A DNA stretch of 39,833 nucleotides from an uncultured Methanosarcinales archaeon. GTDB taxonomy: Archaea; Nanobdellota; Nanobdellia; Woesearchaeales; CAZPJY01. Made by a program: the position numbers and the translations under genes. The notes beneath the pieces were generated by a model, which saw nothing but the letters and a program-made list of their open reading frames with translations, ran no database searches and was not told the DNA's origin. The stretch lies in the NCBI GenBank assembly GCA_964587045.1, contig CAZPJY010000018.1, forward strand, positions 1 through 39,833, given 5' to 3'. Shown here piece after piece: positions 36,046 through 39,833 of this stretch. The first letter of the stretch is position 1. Each line of letters begins with the position of its first letter.

Positions 36046-36773
36046 AAGCCGCCCTCCTTATACCAATAATGTTCATACTGGCAGCTATCTCAGTTTACGG
36101 CAACGCTGCCTGCTATAACGACCAAGGCCAGCCTTTCTGCTCGCCGCAGGACAGTTTTTGCGAGTACAGGAACGGAGCTGCTGAAGCCTCGGATGCTGAC
36201 GGCGACGGCTGGACTGACAGCTGCGACGCCTTCGCCCAGGACGCGTCCGAATGGATCGACCTGGACGCGGACGGCTGCGGCCACAACGCAGACATAGACG
36301 ACCTGGATGCAGCTGAGACCAGCGGATGCGACGATTCAGGGGATGAAGGCGCAAACGAAGAGATTGGAGATGATGAGCCTGGCGACGATGCAGCAGGCGA
36401 TGAGACGCCTGCACCAGTCTTCCAAGCCAGCAACACAGGAGGCCACCATTTCAAGGCTCCTGAATTCCCGCCTGAGCACCCGTCAGAGCCTCCACAGGAG
36501 CAGGTAGGGCAAGGTCCGGCAGAGGAGCCGCAAGAGCAGCTGCCACAGGAGCAGCCTGAGGAACCTGCTCCTGAGCAGCCCCAGGAAGAGGAAGGGATTG
36601 GACCAGCTGTCGTTCCAGTTGTGTCTGAGCCTCCCAGAGAGCCTCCGTTCCCCTTGGCAGTGGTGCTCGCGATGACCCTCTTTGCGGTCTCGATCTTCAA
36701 GACCCTCCCCCCGTTCAAGGAGCCGCTGAAAAACCCTACCTTCGGACAGGCTGTCAAGCACTTCCTCTTCTAG
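36042..36773 (+). CDS. Membrane-anchored protein with thrombospondin type 3-like Ca-binding repeats and Pro/Glu stalk
   Basis: Signal peptide; DADGDGWTDSCDAF...WIDLDADGCGHNADIDD; PEQPQEE stalk; TM PLAVVLAMTLFAVSIF. No terminal PEF tail. Confidence 0.75.
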   Translation: MKAALLIPIMFILAAISVYGNAACYNDQGQPFCSPQDSFCEYRNGAAEASDADGDGWTDSCDAFAQDASEWIDLDADGCGHNADIDDLDAAETSGCDDSGDEGANEEIGDDEPGDDAAGDETPAPVFQASNTGGHHFKAPEFPPEHPSEPPQEQVGQGPAEEPQEQLPQEQPEEPAPEQPQEEEGIGPAVVPVVSEPPREPPFPLAVVLAMTLFAVSIFKTLPPFKEPLKNPTFGQAVKHFLF

Positions 36774-36809
36774 AAACCTTTATATAGCATCCTCTTTTCG
36801 CGTTTATGA

Positions 36810-37850
36810 ATGGATAACGTCTACGCTGTCCTGATGGCTGGAGGGTCAGGGATACGCTTCTGGCCCATGTCCAGGAAGCTGCGGCCCAAGCAGTGCCTGG
36901 CAATAACGGGCAACAATCCTATGGTAGTCGAGACCAAGCTCAGGCTGGCCAAGCTGGTGCCGGACACCAGAATCTTCATATCCACGCGGGAGGAGCTCTA
37001 CAAGCCCCTGAAAACGCTTCTGCCTTCTGTCAGGAGGTTCATCCTGGAGCCGGAGGCCAAGGACACCGCTGCGGCGCTAGGCCTCGCCTGCGCCTACATC
37101 GGGAAGAAGGACACAGAGGCAGTGATTGTTGCTCTGCCCTCAGACCACGACATCAAGCCGGCCAGGAAGTTCGTCGCGACCTTGAAGAGGGCCATCCAGA
37201 CCGCCAGGCAGGGGTACCTGGTGACTGTGGGCATACCCCCTTCGAGGCCTGAGACAGGATACGGCTACATAGCTCCGGGCAAGGCCTTGGGGAAAGGGGC
37301 AGCGAAGGTCGCAAAGTTCGTCGAGAAGCCTGACCTGGACAGGTGCAAGGGCTACTTGAGGCAGGGCTACCTCTGGAACGGCGGGATACTGGTCTTCCGC
37401 TACGACTCCATGATGGAGGCTTTCGCCAAGTTCATGCCCAAGCTGCACAAGGGAATACTGGCCATCCAGCAGTCCATAGACACGCGCTCGGAGGGCAAGA
37501 CCCTGGAGAGGGTGTTCTCCAGCCTCAAGAAGATCTCCATTGACTACGGCGTGCTGGAAAAGGCCCAGAATGTGGCTGTCGTGCGTGCGGACTTCTCTTG
37601 GGACGACGTCGGCGGGTGGGCCGCGATGGAGCGGATTCTCCCCAAGGACGGCAAGGGCAACGCGTCCAAGGGCACAATAACAGGGCTTGAGAGCTCCGGC
37701 AACATAGTCGTGACAGACAAGAAGGTGGCGATGGTCGGCATCAGGGACCTTGTCGTGGTGGAAACGAAAGACGCGATCCTGATCTGCCCAAAAAGCCGTC
37801 TGGGCGAGATGAAGAAGCTCCATAAGAGGCTGCCTTCGAAGTATACCTGA
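36810..37850 (+). CDS. manC: Mannose-1-phosphate guanylyltransferase
   Basis: MAGGSGIRFWPMSR...PKQ, LPSDH, PETGYGYI, FVEKP, WNGG, SIDYGVLEK and WDDVG. Confidence 0.92.
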   Translation: MDNVYAVLMAGGSGIRFWPMSRKLRPKQCLAITGNNPMVVETKLRLAKLVPDTRIFISTREELYKPLKTLLPSVRRFILEPEAKDTAAALGLACAYIGKKDTEAVIVALPSDHDIKPARKFVATLKRAIQTARQGYLVTVGIPPSRPETGYGYIAPGKALGKGAAKVAKFVEKPDLDRCKGYLRQGYLWNGGILVFRYDSMMEAFAKFMPKLHKGILAIQQSIDTRSEGKTLERVFSSLKKISIDYGVLEKAQNVAVVRADFSWDDVGGWAAMERILPKDGKGNASKGTITGLESSGNIVVTDKKVAMVGIRDLVVVETKDAILICPKSRLGEMKKLHKRLPSKYT

Positions 37851-37879
37851 TTCTCGACCGAAACATTTATAAAGATTTA

Positions 37880-37895
37880 GTCACTACATAGTGAC
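37880..37895. promoter_or_regulatory. Palindrome downstream of a TATA-like box, upstream of the LamG gene
   Basis: GTCACTA-CA-TAGTGAC, a perfect inverted repeat. TTTATAAA at 37866. Confidence 0.6.
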
Positions 37896-37979
37896 AATAA
37901 AATTGGTTTAGTGTCTTGACTTATCGACGATTATCAGGATTCGCCCCAACAATAAATTTTTATACCTGAAGGCACCCAG

Positions 37980-39833
37980 ATGAAACGAATGAAATGGTAT
38001 AGGGACCTCATAGAGAGGTACCCTGAGCATGCCTCAGTAATAGGAATAGTGTTATTCCTAGCGGTAGCGACGTATCTGTTCGCTTTTCCGCCCATAACCG
38101 GCTATGTGGTGTTCGAGCCGACAATCGCCAATGGGACCGTTTTCACTTCAAAGGATCTTACATTTACTTGTAATGCTTCTTCTGATCAAATCCTAATTAA
38201 TGTTACTGGAATAATAACTGACGATGTTGGACAAAATCGTACTGAAACAGTCTCTGTGGGTAGCCTCTATTCAAATGCTGAATTAGATTTTAAAAACATT
38301 CCAAATGGCGACTTCTCCTTTGCCTGCCGGGCCTGTACAAGCTCAACATGCGACGAAAGCGCACCGAGCACCTTCACGAATACATATGCAATAACCGGAG
38401 CTCAAGATTTGCCTGTGGTGAACGTGACTTTTGACAATCCCATCAACCCGTTAAAAGACTACAGCCTAGCCAATCACATCTTCTCATCCGTGAATACCCC
38501 ACTTATCGATGATAGGACGGTGTGCAAATGGTACGGATGTGCAAATTTCACGCTCGAAGGGAATGATTACATCCAAAGCGTGATCAAGGTCCCCTGGACA
38601 AATGGGATCGCAATAAGCTATTGGGTCAAGCATGCTACTGAGCCAACCTCAGCCAACGGGCAGCATCACCTTCAGATAGGCAACTCGACCACTATCGACT
38701 CGAATTGGAAGACCATCTGGGACTCAGGTTATGGGGCTGGCCTCGTGGCGCAATTCAAGACATCCGGCGGTGAGGCGACGGTATCCACCTCAGAGGATCA
38801 CGGAACTTCCTCATGGCACCATTATTTCTTCCAGTATGATTCCACAACAGGGAGGACGGAGATATGGAAGGATGGAGTCCTCAAAGAGTTAAAAATCGAC
38901 CCCCAAGGATCCCTGAACGCCCTTGCAAATGAATGGGTAAGGCTAGGAACAGGGAGATACGGAGATTTTGAGGGTTTGATGGATGAAGTCCTGATTTGGA
39001 ACAGGGGGAATTTAACAGAATCTGAGATCACAGCTTTGTATGAGGATAAGAAGCTCGGCACACCGCCAGACCTGGATTTGTATGCAGGCCAGGTGTCATA
39101 TGCCCTTCCTTATGATTTCTCGAGCGACACTAACCAGTTGGACATGTCCGGAAACCTTGAGATAAATATCACTGTTGCTAACGCAGGATTGAATCCCTCA
39201 TCACCTTTCACTACCAGGCTTTACATTGACGGTCAGGAGGTTTGCTCGGACCGTTTTTCGCTTGGGCAGTTTGATGAGATAACGATGAATTGCGATTGGG
39301 CAATAACTCCTGGCTGGCATCAGGGATACGTGATGGTTGATGCGGACAATGAGATTGACGAGGATGCATATGAAGGTGGGGATGAGAGCAACAATAGAAA
39401 GGAGATAATAATCCCCCTGGTGGACCACCCGAGGTTCTGGTTCAACAGCACTGAGTGGGATACTGCGCTTGCCCCTTGGTTTTCTGACAGTAACAACGCA
39501 ATTGGTTACAAAAGCTATGATTGGTATCACTCATTTATTGCAGACGATTTCAATCCTGGCTGGGATGCCGCCGATGTTGACCCGCGAGCGAAGAAGGGAT
39601 ATGAGAATGCTCTCAACTGCTACATAAATAACTACAATAATGCTGAAGCTTGCGAACGGGCGAGGAACCATCTCGAAGGCTGGCTCAACAGCGGATTTGA
39701 CTACACAACAGTTTCGGTCCAGTCATTGCATGAGATAATCTATGTGGGAGCGATTTATGACCTGATGTTCCCCAATCTAACACAAAGCGAAGCTGAGCTG
39801 TACAGTGAGGAATTGGCCCAGACATGCCTTGAC
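37980..39833 (+). CDS. Large surface protein (partial): N-terminal TM, LamG domain, CARDB domain, heparinase II/III-N/DUF4962-like helical domain
   Basis: Manual translation from ATG 37980 is open to the window end. TM followed by ITGYVV; WHHYFFQYD...IWKDG...FEGLMDEVLIWNR..LTESEITALY (LamG); NITVANAG...VMVDADNEIDE...ESNN (CARDB); HPRFWF...GAIYDLMFPNLT. Many N-x-S/T sequons. Confidence 0.8.
   Translation, partial: MKRMKWYRDLIERYPEHASVIGIVLFLAVATYLFAFPPITGYVVFEPTIANGTVFTSKDLTFTCNASSDQILINVTGIITDDVGQNRTETVSVGSLYSNAELDFKNIPNGDFSFACRACTSSTCDESAPSTFTNTYAITGAQDLPVVNVTFDNPINPLKDYSLANHIFSSVNTPLIDDRTVCKWYGCANFTLEGNDYIQSVIKVPWTNGIAISYWVKHATEPTSANGQHHLQIGNSTTIDSNWKTIWDSGYGAGLVAQFKTSGGEATVSTSEDHGTSSWHHYFFQYDSTTGRTEIWKDGVLKELKIDPQGSLNALANEWVRLGTGRYGDFEGLMDEVLIWNRGNLTESEITALYEDKKLGTPPDLDLYAGQVSYALPYDFSSDTNQLDMSGNLEINITVANAGLNPSSPFTTRLYIDGQEVCSDRFSLGQFDEITMNCDWAITPGWHQGYVMVDADNEIDEDAYEGGDESNNRKEIIIPLVDHPRFWFNSTEWDTALAPWFSDSNNAIGYKSYDWYHSFIADDFNPGWDAADVDPRAKKGYENALNCYINNYNNAEACERARNHLEGWLNSGFDYTTVSVQSLHEIIYVGAIYDLMFPNLTQSEAELYSEELAQTCLD

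Noticed and set aside
36450..36475. Internal APEF in the 36042..36773 protein as a 13th PEF-CTERM signal
   Set aside because: It is followed by a Pro/Glu-rich stalk rather than a TM helix and basic tail.

Overview
Gene-dense archaeal chromosomal window, most likely from a DPANN/Woesearchaeota-like organism. That assignment is an inference from eIF2-gamma, eS6, uL16/L10e, archaeal-type TPI, TATA/BRE promoters and class III signal-peptide genes. The left two thirds hold housekeeping and envelope genes: glycerate 2-kinase, a HAD hydrolase, a sufB-sufD-sufS-sufC operon, translation genes, three pilin-like class III signal proteins, a Cys-rich lipoprotein, a membrane-anchored HTH regulator, an RCK channel with a degenerate filter, and a DUF1385 protein. 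The most notable feature lies at about 26.8-39.8 kb. A CPBP/CAAX-II intramembrane protease gene is followed directly by 12 co-oriented genes for secreted proteins. These have largely unrelated passenger domains (Ig-like, vWA, jelly-roll-like, Cys-rich) but all end in the same (D/E/Y)(I/V)PEF-TM-basic PEF-CTERM sorting tail. After the array come a TSP3-like anchored protein, mannose-1-phosphate guanylyltransferase and a truncated large LamG-CARDB-lyase-like surface protein. No archaeosortase is present in the window. A recurrent ACTA-N2-TAGT palindrome sits at fixed positions relative to TATA boxes across the island. No tRNA, rRNA, CRISPR array, integrase or transposase was recognised.
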